From Candidatus Thalassarchaeum sp. (GTDB lineage: Archaea; Thermoplasmatota; Poseidoniia; Poseidoniales; Thalassarchaeaceae): a stretch of 64,000 nucleotides of DNA. The stretch lies in assembly GCA_022449345.1 (NCBI GenBank), contig JAKURL010000007.1, positions 23,163 through 87,162 on the forward strand, in the 5' to 3' direction. Below, one piece after another: positions 19,670-29,254 of this stretch (positions within the stretch are counted from its first letter, which is position 1; each line of letters starts with the position of its first letter). The position numbers and the translations under genes were made by a program. Below the pieces are notes generated by a model. That model was given only the letters and a program-made list of their open reading frames with translations, did not search any database and was not told the DNA's origin.

Positions 19670-22600
19670 GTAATGGAGAGGACAATTCTGAAACTGTCAC
19701 CCTCAACACTGGCCAGCGGCTAGCACTCAACCTCGACTCTCACATTGTCATCGACGCTGGTGCGGGCACTGGCAAAACGATGACAATCGTAGAGCGTGTT
19801 GTCCAACACTATCTCGAGGAGGATCAAAGAGCCACACGCATCCTTCCGAGACCAGAGCGACCCAGACAACTTGAAGGTGGGACTCTGGTATCGCCACTCA
19901 CTCAACGGATGAATTTGGAAGAATGGGGAGGCTTGCTTCCCTCGGAGGTCGTCCTTCTCACCTTCACAGTAGCTGCTGCCGACCAAATGAGAGATAAATT
20001 AAGGGAAAAAATCGCTCGATTGCGGCCTGGTTCTTTCACAGCATCAAGCGAAGATAATGCAGATCCCAGAATTACTCACGAAGGCTTCCCTGAACAATTG
20101 TTGATGTTGTTAGAAGATGCTCCAATCGGCACCATCGACTCATTCTTCAATCAATTAGTTGCCCCATATCGAAGCTATCTTGGTGATGATTTCGGTGATG
20201 ATGTTGTAACCGACTCTGAGATATTGCGCATAGTTGAACAAAGCATCAACACTCTCTGGAGACTGCCTAATGCTCCCAACTTGTTTGGAGATGCAGTCGA
20301 TGCCGGAATTCCTTCTCCCGAAGTTGAAGCGGTTCTGGCAGCCCGAGACAGATTATCTCAACACTATTCGGGAAGAAACCGAGCAACTAAAATCCTCAGT
20401 CCTCTGATTTCCAAGTCGATATTCATTTCAGTAGGTGAAAGAGGTCTGTTGGGTCGAGATCAGAGAATAGACCCCGAATTGCTGCAACAACGACTGATGT
20501 CATCCATTAGGACAGAAGATATTGAAGAAGTCACAATAGGTATCCATTCAATTATCGATGATTACGTAGACTGCGTTCGCAGTTACTCAGGATTAGCGCC
20601 TAAAGGATGGGAAGCCGGAACACGAATTCATATTCTTTCTACACTCTCAGATGAAGGTCCGCCGGCTGAACCTTGGGATTGTTTAATCTGGCTCAGCAGG
20701 GTGTTCATGTGTATAACAGGTTCAGGCCTTCTCGACAAAGATGATTGGAAACCTTTCCCGAGGACCACTCTGCCAAACCACCCAAGCAATCCTTGGCCCT
20801 CTGGAATATTATCCTACACAGCACTGGATGAACCCTACAGAACTAATGTCAAGGATACTTGGGCGGATTGTCAATCACGTGCGAACGACTTACTATTTTC
20901 CGAGGTCGGTCAAAGGGTGAAACATCACTCACTTCTAGCACTAATTCTAGACTCTCGTGAAGAGTTATTGATTCCGATAAATGCTCCATTTAATTTGGCT
21001 CACCTTCCTGCGGATTTACCAGAACGTCTTCCAGTTGGAATGAGCCCTCAGGCATATTCTTTCAATATGGCAGCTGAAGCCCGAAACCTCGATGATATCA
21101 GAACCATTCTACGAGGTTTGGCTGGAATAGTGAATGTTCTGAAAGAGAGGGAAGAGGTTCACGAACATCGAGACATAGCATTACTTGCAGGCGACCTTCT
21201 GTTGGATTCCTGTCCACGATTTTGCCGATCATTTTACCCAGAAGCAATCATCGCTGCTCTAGATTCCATTGGGGATAACACTTGGCGTGATGACCACATT
21301 CATCGAGCATTTGATGTCTTGGAAGATATGGAGGCAAATCCAGATTTAGCAGGAGATGCAGCGTCAAGGCTAGGAGAAATTCGCCGAGACCTCGACCACC
21401 GATATGGCTTGTTACGTCAGATTAGGCGAAGGTATCGAGCATTCATAATCGACGAGGCTCAAGACAACTCACCGCTTCAGTGGAGAATTCTCTCAAGACT
21501 CTGGGGACCACGAGAATTCAATTCAAGCGACCACCTAGAGGAACCCGACACGGACTGGCAACCAACAGTCTGCTATGTCGGCGATATGAAACAATCAATC
21601 TACGCCTTCCGTCAAGCCGAAGTCGCTGGATTCAGACAATTCGCTCATCGACTTCGTTCAATTAATCGACATGAGTATGAGAATCTCTCTGAGTTAACTC
21701 GAGAACCAGTGCTTAGGAGTGAGATCCAGAGTCGAGATCCAAGATTCTCTCACGAAAGACAGATTGTTCGGGCATCTGAACTTGTAGAGGAAAATGTACG
21801 TAATCTGACAGGTTGGGTACATTTCGAGACCACAGAAGGTACATCCTCGTTGAGTCCTGCTGAGGTTTCTGCTCGTTCTGAGGGTGAGATCTCGCTTACC
21901 ACGAATTATCGAACGGACGGAGATCTACTACACGTGATGAATGAATGGTGGGATGATATTTTCTCCGACCGACATCGCTTCTTCCCTGATGCAGATTACT
22001 ATGCCTCAGCACAGCGATTGTTACCATCACCAGACAATCAGCATAAGCGGGGTGTGCTAGAATGGATTTGTCCAGTTTTGGATGATGGGGAGGATGATCC
22101 TCCGGCTGAATTAACCACCTATATCGATCCATTCGGGCCCGGCAAAGCGGACTCTGCAGAAAGACAAGCGATGATGATTGCAAAGCGCATACAGTCTCTG
22201 ACTCAATGTCGAGAAACTCGGGTGCTGCAAGCCAATGGAGAATGGTCAACAATACCGCCGGCTGATGAACCGGTTCGGTATAATGACATCATGGTGCTAA
22301 TGGCAAGCCGCTCGAAAATTCGAGATGCTCTGATTCGTCAACTAAGGGATCACAATATTCCGGTGCAAGCCGACCGAGAGGGCGGCTTGATGCTTCGACC
22401 AGTAGTAGCTGAACTCGATGGATTGATACAATTCATTGCTCGACCCAATAGCAGATTTGCTGCTGCTTGGGTCGCTCGCTCACCATTGATTGGAATGAAC
22501 GATTCAGAATTGCAATCATTCCTTGCTGCGAGACAGGATGAGAATTTGCTTCATAGACTCCTCGATTATTGCTCAACACCAAGACAGCGAGCTATGGTTC

Positions 22601-24699
22601 AAAGATGGATTGGCCTTTCAGCCTCTGGAAGAATAATCAACTTGCTCGAGGAGACTATCGATCAATCGGATTTGCTAATCGCTCATTGTGAAGAAGGTTC
22701 AGTTCAGGACGTCGAGCGATTCGTTGAGGAAGTCCGTTTGATTTCGGAATCCGTTGGTGGTGACCCGATTGTTATCGCCGACCGTTTGCGCGACCTGCGA
22801 GAACAAGTAGGCCGTGCTCTAGAGGGCAAGAATACACCGGAGAGAGATGCTGTTCAATTGATGTCTATACACAATTCAAAGGGGCTAGAGTCGAAAGTTG
22901 TCTTTGTAGCAGATCTGTTTAGCACTAAGCAGGTCACGCTAACCAATGAGTCTCAATCAAGATTGATTGTCAATCCAGAATTCTTCGCCGGACACCCCGC
23001 TCCTTGGCCCGGCGATAAATATCCATACTCGGCTATGTGGGAACACTCCCGAAAAATCGCTCAAAAGCGTAAGAATGCCGAGGCTAGACGCTTGCTTTAC
23101 GTCGCTGCGACAAGAGCTGAGGAGCATCTTGTAATCGTCGGTTCACCCAAGGAAACGAGTTGGCAGGAAGATGCAGGTTTGAGACTACAGTGGAGGTATT
23201 CAGCATCTGAAACCACACTCGGTCAAATGTGGGTAGAATCGTTGAGACAAGCCTCTCATCGTCGGGGTGAACACTCGCAAGATTCTCCATGGGTATCTCA
23301 CGAAGATGACAATCAACCTCACCCACTTAACTCTGGGCGAGGACCCGATAGATTCCTCAATCCTAGCACACTTCGCTTCGATGGATGGCTTCGGGCTGAA
23401 GAAACAGGGCATCCGAAAATGGGCCTCAATGTATACCATCATCCCAACTGCCTAAGAAGCGATAATCCAAACGAGAACATACTCTATTCTCCCCTGGTCC
23501 GACAAACTATGCTTCACCAAGCAGCAACAGATGAAAGGATCTCTGAGGTTGAACTCACCTCGAGATTGGAGACGGGAGCAAGAATCCGACTCGCACCTCA
23601 TCGTTTATCGAAGATTGACGCCTGTTCTCGTCGACATTGGTTTGAGACAAGAGGCGGATTGAAACCCGATCCTATTTCTTCATCGGAGCAAATCCTCGAC
23701 GAAGATATCGACCCTCGTTCGTCGAGACAAATGGATGAGCCAAATGTTGAACATGAAGATGAAGAGCTCCCATCTCCGACAGAATTGGGATTAATCGTCC
23801 ACAGAATGTTTGAGGTCGGCATAGGTAATCCCGGGCCAGCAAAAAATCAGCCTTCTATGCCGCTTCCAGAAATCTGGTCCACTCCTGTCAATAGTCGCTT
23901 ATTAGATACCGATATGATGGAGGAAGTATTTGCAGAATTACTTCCTAGAGGTGTAGACGTTGAGAGAACCTCTGAGATAGTCACAGCAATGATGTATAGA
24001 ATCGAAGAAGGCATCGTTGGCCGATTAACAAACGCGGAAATCATCGACGGTGAGAGGGTTGAGGGTTTGCGCACTGAGTACCCATTCACCATCTCAAATG
24101 CAGTCTCCTTTGAGGCGGTATCTCGGACTAGGTGGACGCCAGATGGTGAGGAAACCCTCTCTTACATTGAGAACGCATTTGTCGATATGGACGGTTCGAT
24201 CGACCTTGCACTTTGCTCGAGTCACGAGGACGGCTCCTCTTCGATACGTCCAATTGATCTGAAAACTGAACAGTCCACGAGCATCTTGACAGGCTCTGGG
24301 GGCTTATTGGATGCCTACGGAAATACTTCAACAGATCCTGCAAATGATGCAGAGCTCGAAATGCTACAACATCACCGATTGCAATTGACCCTATATCATC
24401 GAGCATTGGAGATGATGGAAGCGAGGCGGCCTGAAGGTCAGCAACGTCGTGTAGAGAGGCCCGCAATCCTAGTCGGCGTTTCGGGCCGCTTGGTGATTTA
24501 TCCAGAGGATATGTTCGCCGCAGCGCAATCCGAACTAGATGATATCCTCACGACTGCAGCAGGAATGGAATTAGCTACAGAATTACCTCTAGCGGATTTC
24601 CAGAGACGCCCTGCTTCCGAAGCTCATATCTGCGCCATATGTCCGTTCAGTAGAGGGGATTTACCAATTTGTGGTCCTCTTGAAGAACTGACTCCTTAA
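19666..24699 (+). CDS. AddA/AdnB-like UvrD-family helicase-nuclease
   Basis: AGAGTGKT, LTFT, TIDSF, IIDEAQD, VGDMKQSIYAFR, NYRT, SIHNSKGLE, EARRLLYVAATRA, then GSIDL...DLKT...QLTLY nuclease; ATGA overlap with the upstream gene. Confidence 0.9.
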   Translation: MSNGEDNSETVTLNTGQRLALNLDSHIVIDAGAGTGKTMTIVERVVQHYLEEDQRATRILPRPERPRQLEGGTLVSPLTQRMNLEEWGGLLPSEVVLLTFTVAAADQMRDKLREKIARLRPGSFTASSEDNADPRITHEGFPEQLLMLLEDAPIGTIDSFFNQLVAPYRSYLGDDFGDDVVTDSEILRIVEQSINTLWRLPNAPNLFGDAVDAGIPSPEVEAVLAARDRLSQHYSGRNRATKILSPLISKSIFISVGERGLLGRDQRIDPELLQQRLMSSIRTEDIEEVTIGIHSIIDDYVDCVRSYSGLAPKGWEAGTRIHILSTLSDEGPPAEPWDCLIWLSRVFMCITGSGLLDKDDWKPFPRTTLPNHPSNPWPSGILSYTALDEPYRTNVKDTWADCQSRANDLLFSEVGQRVKHHSLLALILDSREELLIPINAPFNLAHLPADLPERLPVGMSPQAYSFNMAAEARNLDDIRTILRGLAGIVNVLKEREEVHEHRDIALLAGDLLLDSCPRFCRSFYPEAIIAALDSIGDNTWRDDHIHRAFDVLEDMEANPDLAGDAASRLGEIRRDLDHRYGLLRQIRRRYRAFIIDEAQDNSPLQWRILSRLWGPREFNSSDHLEEPDTDWQPTVCYVGDMKQSIYAFRQAEVAGFRQFAHRLRSINRHEYENLSELTREPVLRSEIQSRDPRFSHERQIVRASELVEENVRNLTGWVHFETTEGTSSLSPAEVSARSEGEISLTTNYRTDGDLLHVMNEWWDDIFSDRHRFFPDADYYASAQRLLPSPDNQHKRGVLEWICPVLDDGEDDPPAELTTYIDPFGPGKADSAERQAMMIAKRIQSLTQCRETRVLQANGEWSTIPPADEPVRYNDIMVLMASRSKIRDALIRQLRDHNIPVQADREGGLMLRPVVAELDGLIQFIARPNSRFAAAWVARSPLIGMNDSELQSFLAARQDENLLHRLLDYCSTPRQRAMVQRWIGLSASGRIINLLEETIDQSDLLIAHCEEGSVQDVERFVEEVRLISESVGGDPIVIADRLRDLREQVGRALEGKNTPERDAVQLMSIHNSKGLESKVVFVADLFSTKQVTLTNESQSRLIVNPEFFAGHPAPWPGDKYPYSAMWEHSRKIAQKRKNAEARRLLYVAATRAEEHLVIVGSPKETSWQEDAGLRLQWRYSASETTLGQMWVESLRQASHRRGEHSQDSPWVSHEDDNQPHPLNSGRGPDRFLNPSTLRFDGWLRAEETGHPKMGLNVYHHPNCLRSDNPNENILYSPLVRQTMLHQAATDERISEVELTSRLETGARIRLAPHRLSKIDACSRRHWFETRGGLKPDPISSSEQILDEDIDPRSSRQMDEPNVEHEDEELPSPTELGLIVHRMFEVGIGNPGPAKNQPSMPLPEIWSTPVNSRLLDTDMMEEVFAELLPRGVDVERTSEIVTAMMYRIEEGIVGRLTNAEIIDGERVEGLRTEYPFTISNAVSFEAVSRTRWTPDGEETLSYIENAFVDMDGSIDLALCSSHEDGSSSIRPIDLKTEQSTSILTGSGGLLDAYGNTSTDPANDAELEMLQHHRLQLTLYHRALEMMEARRPEGQQRRVERPAILVGVSGRLVIYPEDMFAAAQSELDDILTTAAGMELATELPLADFQRRPASEAHICAICPFSRGDLPICGPLEELTP

Positions 24700-24771
24700 C
24701 CTTCAATCTTGAACATTATTGCGAGCCTTTTGCGGGGAAGAATCCATTTGCCTAATCGATAACCCACACTC

Positions 24772-26184
24772 ATGACAGTAGACCTAGATAGCATGGCAGA
24801 GAATGCCGAGAGAATTTGGGAGGAGTCAATTCTCCCCAGTCTTGGCGAATTTATCGAGATTCATGCCCTATCGCCAATGTTTGAACCAAATTGGGACGAA
24901 TTGGGAGAATTGCAGGCTACTATCGATTTATTCTGTTCATGGTTGGATGAACAAGGCATTGAGGGCATGAATTACGAAGTCCACCGAATTGGAGAGCATT
25001 CCCCAGTTCTATTGGTAACAATCGAAGGAACTGGAAGCGGTGAGGTTCTGTTCTATTCTCATCTAGACAAGCAACCTAGCCGACCTCACCTCTGGTCCGA
25101 AGGGCTACACCCTCTGAAGGGTGTACGCCGAGATCCATTCCTATTCGGTCGAGGCTCGGTTGACGACGGCTACGGCGGATATCTTTGTGTCGCGGCGATT
25201 AAGCTTCTACAAGAGGCTGGAATCGCTCATCCGAAGGCTACCTTCCTAATCGAGACCTGTGAGGAATCGGGTTCATTCGACCTCCCTCCTTACCTCGATG
25301 CACTAACAGACGATTTGGGTAATCCCGATCTAATCGTCGTTCTCGACAGTGGTGGTCCAAGTTATGACCACATCTGGGTAACCGAGGCACTGCGTGGCCT
25401 TGTTGCTGGAAACCTGAGTGTTAGAGTATCACACGAAGGAGTTCATTCTGGAATGTCAGGAGGCGCCATTCCCTCTTCATTTAGGATTCAGCGAATGCTC
25501 CTGGATAGAGTTGAGAATTCGCAGACCGGAGAGGTCCTCATCCCAGAAATGCACGTAGAAATTTCTGACAAAATCAAGCAGGAGGCAGCTACTCTTGGAG
25601 GTATACTTGGCGACGAACTTTGGAAGTCTCTACCGGTCGTTGATACTCTTGAAGCACAGTCAAAAGAGCCGAGTGAGATGCTTTTGGACATCAATTGGAG
25701 ACCGGCCCTTTCTGTAATCGGAGCAGACGGTATACCTCCGGTGCAAACTGCAGGTAATGTTCTGCGAACAAATACCGACTTGAAACTCAGCTTCCGAATC
25801 CCACCCGGGGTGAAGGCTGAGGTAGTTCAAGACATTGTCAAAGAAGTACTCGAGGCAAATCCTCCTTACGGCGCGGAAGTAACCTATCGCACAACCGAAC
25901 CCGCCGACGGATTCCACGCCCCTCCGTTGAATGAAGGAGTTGCGGCAGCGCTAGACTCGGCAAGCCGCCACCTAACTGGACATCCACCCATGGCAACTTG
26001 GGTCGGTGGAACAATCCCGTTCATGGCGATGATTCAGGGCAAATATCCCGATGCCTGCTTCCTATGTACCGGCTCAGCAGGTCCCGGCAACAATGCACAC
26101 GGTCCTGATGAAAAGTTGCACATCCCTCATTCTAAGCGGCTGAACGTTGCACTGGCCGCCGCTGTTGCAGCCATTTGTGAGTGA
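24772..26184 (+). CDS. M20/M25/M40 metallo-dipeptidase
   Basis: YSHLDKQP, GRGSVDDG, CEESGS, GGTIPF and NAHGPDE. Confidence 0.92.
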   Translation: MTVDLDSMAENAERIWEESILPSLGEFIEIHALSPMFEPNWDELGELQATIDLFCSWLDEQGIEGMNYEVHRIGEHSPVLLVTIEGTGSGEVLFYSHLDKQPSRPHLWSEGLHPLKGVRRDPFLFGRGSVDDGYGGYLCVAAIKLLQEAGIAHPKATFLIETCEESGSFDLPPYLDALTDDLGNPDLIVVLDSGGPSYDHIWVTEALRGLVAGNLSVRVSHEGVHSGMSGGAIPSSFRIQRMLLDRVENSQTGEVLIPEMHVEISDKIKQEAATLGGILGDELWKSLPVVDTLEAQSKEPSEMLLDINWRPALSVIGADGIPPVQTAGNVLRTNTDLKLSFRIPPGVKAEVVQDIVKEVLEANPPYGAEVTYRTTEPADGFHAPPLNEGVAAALDSASRHLTGHPPMATWVGGTIPFMAMIQGKYPDACFLCTGSAGPGNNAHGPDEKLHIPHSKRLNVALAAAVAAICE

Positions 26185-26308
26185 GTTTGAATATGAAATA
26201 TGTAGTATGTCGTAAACTCTGTTTTGACTTTCTAACTGTGGTTCGCTATGAAAATCAGTCCGCCGCAGTTAAAGCAGGGCCGAGTCTCGAAGGTGACGAG
26301 GTGCGCTG

Positions 26309-26944
26309 ATGAGCGAAGAAGACTCCCCCGTATCCCCTGATCTTCGAATCCGCCAATTGGAAGAAGATTTGGCCAAGGAGAAGGACCGACTTGAGAAGCT
26401 ATACGCAGGTTACACAACCCTCAAAGATTCATCCGATGAGAAGGATGCAACAATCGATGTTCTAGAGCGTCAGATGATTGACAAAGAGATTGAGATGGAG
26501 GGTCTTGAGGAACTTCTCTCAGACAAGGACAACCGAATTAGAGACCTCGAATTAGATGGAGCGAAGAACTCACAGCGAGTCAAGCACCTAGAACCCGAAT
26601 TGCAGAAGATGGAAGAGATGTACACTCGCGAATCGGCTCGTCTTGGAAGGGTATTCGAGGTTGCTGAAGACCTAGACGAAGCCCTAGGTGTTGCAAAGGC
26701 GCAATTGACCTCTAGGGATGATTGGTACGCTCAACACATGAGGCTCTTTGAGGACCTCAGTCAAGCGATTCAAACCCGCTATGACATGATCGATGCTGCG
26801 ATTGAGGCGATTCGCGAGCAGGAACTCAAGCAAGAAACATTCCGCGAGCGCATGGATGAGGTTCTAGAAGCAGCAGCAGATACGGCTGAAGAAATGGCCG
26901 AAGAAGCCGCTGACGAAGCCGAGGAAGAAGTCGACGACGAGTGA
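26309..26944 (+). CDS. Acidic coiled-coil protein of unknown function
   Basis: Continuous E/K/L/R heptad pattern over about 190 aa; GAGGTG SD. Confidence 0.7.
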   Translation: MSEEDSPVSPDLRIRQLEEDLAKEKDRLEKLYAGYTTLKDSSDEKDATIDVLERQMIDKEIEMEGLEELLSDKDNRIRDLELDGAKNSQRVKHLEPELQKMEEMYTRESARLGRVFEVAEDLDEALGVAKAQLTSRDDWYAQHMRLFEDLSQAIQTRYDMIDAAIEAIREQELKQETFRERMDEVLEAAADTAEEMAEEAADEAEEEVDDE

Positions 26945-26955
26945 GAATTTCTATC

Positions 26956-27681
26956 TCATTCTGGCTTAGAACCGTCCGCGAGTCGAATGCATTTTGCTGG
27001 CACACCACCCCAAATTTCTCCGGCTGGGATATTGGTCCATTTAGGTAGTACAGCGCGGTTAGCGACGACTGCTCCAGCTCCTATTGTGCAACCTGGCTGA
27101 ACGGTAGAATTTCCTCCGATCAAGGCGTCCTCACCAATGGTTACTGGGGCCATAACCAATTCACCTCGCTCCACTAAATGAGCATTTATGATGGCATTTC
27201 CTCCAATTACGGCACCATCCCCCAAAACAACCGATCCAGCATCATTTAGGTGGGGTGTGTTAATCTGGCAACCAGAACCTATCTTTGCACCTGCCATACG
27301 GTAGTAAATCGTCCCGATGAATGAAGGAACTAGAACAGGGAGGAATAGAATCGCCACTCTGTGGAAAATCATAGACCAAGCCCATTGGATTGTAATGAAT
27401 GACCGTAGAGGGTAGCGGCCGGGTTCAAGACGAGGTCGAAACAATCCTCCGAGCAATCCGGAGATCATTACAAGGGTGATACCCCAGACTACACAAGCCA
27501 ACCCAAGTGCGATTCCTGTTCCGAGTAACTCCATCCAATATTCCTGCTCAACGAGGTAATCCCTTGACTCAAGGAATAGCCAAACGCCCGGCACTGAGGC
27601 AATTCCCACAACTATACCAAGGAATGGAATGACGAGAAATGTGAGAAAATTCTGAACTATCTCAAACGACTTCAGGTGCAC
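26956..27681 (-). CDS. Membrane-bound hexapeptide-repeat (LbH) acyltransferase-like protein
   Basis: N-terminal TM helices; GAKIGSGCQI, VTIGEDALIG, TIGAGAVV and WGGVPAK repeats. Confidence 0.8.
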   Translation of the reverse strand: MHLKSFEIVQNFLTFLVIPFLGIVVGIASVPGVWLFLESRDYLVEQEYWMELLGTGIALGLACVVWGITLVMISGLLGGLFRPRLEPGRYPLRSFITIQWAWSMIFHRVAILFLPVLVPSFIGTIYYRMAGAKIGSGCQINTPHLNDAGSVVLGDGAVIGGNAIINAHLVERGELVMAPVTIGEDALIGGNSTVQPGCTIGAGAVVANRAVLPKWTNIPAGEIWGGVPAKCIRLADGSKPE

Positions 27682-27780
27682 ACCCCGCCTTCGGTTCCGG
27701 TCTTTCAGTCATCAATTTTGGCCTGTCGGCAGAATCAAGACAGGTCTGACTGCCGAAATGATATGGCTCAGGCCTGTGGT

Positions 27781-28896
27781 ATGTTGGGTGACGGTTCACC
27801 AGCGGTGAAAATTCACCATCTGGTCAAGGCGCCAGAAAACACCGCAGAGTCAATCGCCCGTCGCGAATCTTGGGACGCTCAGAAGCCTGCAACCGTCTAC
27901 GTCACCCCCGAGCGAATGCCTGACGGCACACCCTGTCAAGCTGTGACGGTAATCCTCCGAACTCGTGGGTGTGCTTGGTGGTGGAAATCTGGTTGTACAT
28001 TTTGTGGCTACTTCAACGACGTGCGCGATGATGTAACTGCGAACGACCTATTCGCTCAGTGGCAGGAAGCAAAAAGACAGACTAATGATTTTGAAGGTTG
28101 TTCGATGGTTAAGGTGTATACCTCTGGTACATTCTTTGAAGATCAGGAGAATCCAGTCGAATGGCAACAACACATTCTCACCGAGACACACAAAATGGGA
28201 CTCCACCTAGTAGTCGAGGCTCAAGCCCACATGTGTAAGCCAGAGAAATTGGAATTCCTCGCAAAACACCATCCGGGTTGTACAGTAGCGATTGGGCTTG
28301 AGGCATACGACGACGCAGTACTACAATTTCACGTCAATAAGGGATTCTCGACGAAGACTTGGCGAAAGGCCGTAGATGATCTTCGAAGCAACGGTCTTCG
28401 AGTCAAAACTTACCTAATTTTCAAACCGCCATTCATGAGTGAGGGCGACGCATTGAACCACACATCGAAGTGGCTGGTCGACGTCGCTCCACTTTCCGAT
28501 GAGGTCTCGATAAATCCGATGAACATACAGAATCGTACAATCGTCGACCGGCTGTTTAGGAATAGAGAGTATCGACCTCCTTGGCTTTGGTCGCTCGTCG
28601 AGATGGTTCAACGCACCCACGACGAAACAGCTGAGCACGATGCTCGAATCATCGTCCATCCTACCGCTGGAGGAAAGATTCGCGGCGCCCACAATTGCGG
28701 TTTCTGCGACAAACACGTGGTCGCCGCCATAGAGCGATACTCAGTTTCTCGAAACCTAGCTGAGTTCAAAGGATTAGAATGCGAATGTAAGGCGGTTTGG
28801 AGCTCGGAAGTATCCTCTGACTCGTCTCTCCCAACGCCTCTTGGCACCGGCCGAGATCGTCGAGGCAACCGCGTTGATTTGATGCGCGCTCCTTGA
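27781..28896 (+). CDS. Radical SAM protein, archaeosine biosynthesis RaSEA (TIGR01210) family
   Basis: TVILRTRGCAWWWKSGCTFCGY, KVYTSGTFF, KPPFMSE, YRPPWLWS and RGAHNCG; start uncertain (27781 or 27805). Confidence 0.88.
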   Translation: MLGDGSPAVKIHHLVKAPENTAESIARRESWDAQKPATVYVTPERMPDGTPCQAVTVILRTRGCAWWWKSGCTFCGYFNDVRDDVTANDLFAQWQEAKRQTNDFEGCSMVKVYTSGTFFEDQENPVEWQQHILTETHKMGLHLVVEAQAHMCKPEKLEFLAKHHPGCTVAIGLEAYDDAVLQFHVNKGFSTKTWRKAVDDLRSNGLRVKTYLIFKPPFMSEGDALNHTSKWLVDVAPLSDEVSINPMNIQNRTIVDRLFRNREYRPPWLWSLVEMVQRTHDETAEHDARIIVHPTAGGKIRGAHNCGFCDKHVVAAIERYSVSRNLAEFKGLECECKAVWSSEVSSDSSLPTPLGTGRDRRGNRVDLMRAP

Positions 28897-28986
28897 TGTG
28901 AGGGACTACGTCCCTCGCCTAACGCTTAAGGGCGAATCTTCTGTGGTCCACCTATCCACGAAGTGTTGTGGACAAGTGGTGTCTCA

Positions 28987-29244
28987 ATGACGAATGATGA
29001 CGGATTCCTACAAGGCGAGAACGAACCTGGTGCTTCGAAGGTAGTGTTAGTTGGGGCATTAGTCTCCGCGCTAATCTTCATGGTTGTCTACAGCATCCTC
29101 TATCCTGGACAGGATTATCCGGTTTTATCTGATTTCGAGACCTTCGGTTCTTTGACCGGCGGAATTTGGTTCTTCATCCTTGGAGCGGTCTTGGGAATGT
29201 TCTCAATTATCGCCACGATGATTACGGAGGCAACTCGCGAGTGA
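28987..29244 (+). CDS. Small 2-TM membrane protein
   Basis: Two hydrophobic helices; its stop codon overlaps the SD of the next gene. Confidence 0.7.
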   Translation: MTNDDGFLQGENEPGASKVVLVGALVSALIFMVVYSILYPGQDYPVLSDFETFGSLTGGIWFFILGAVLGMFSIIATMITEATRE

Positions 29245-29254
29245 GGTGGTTGTG

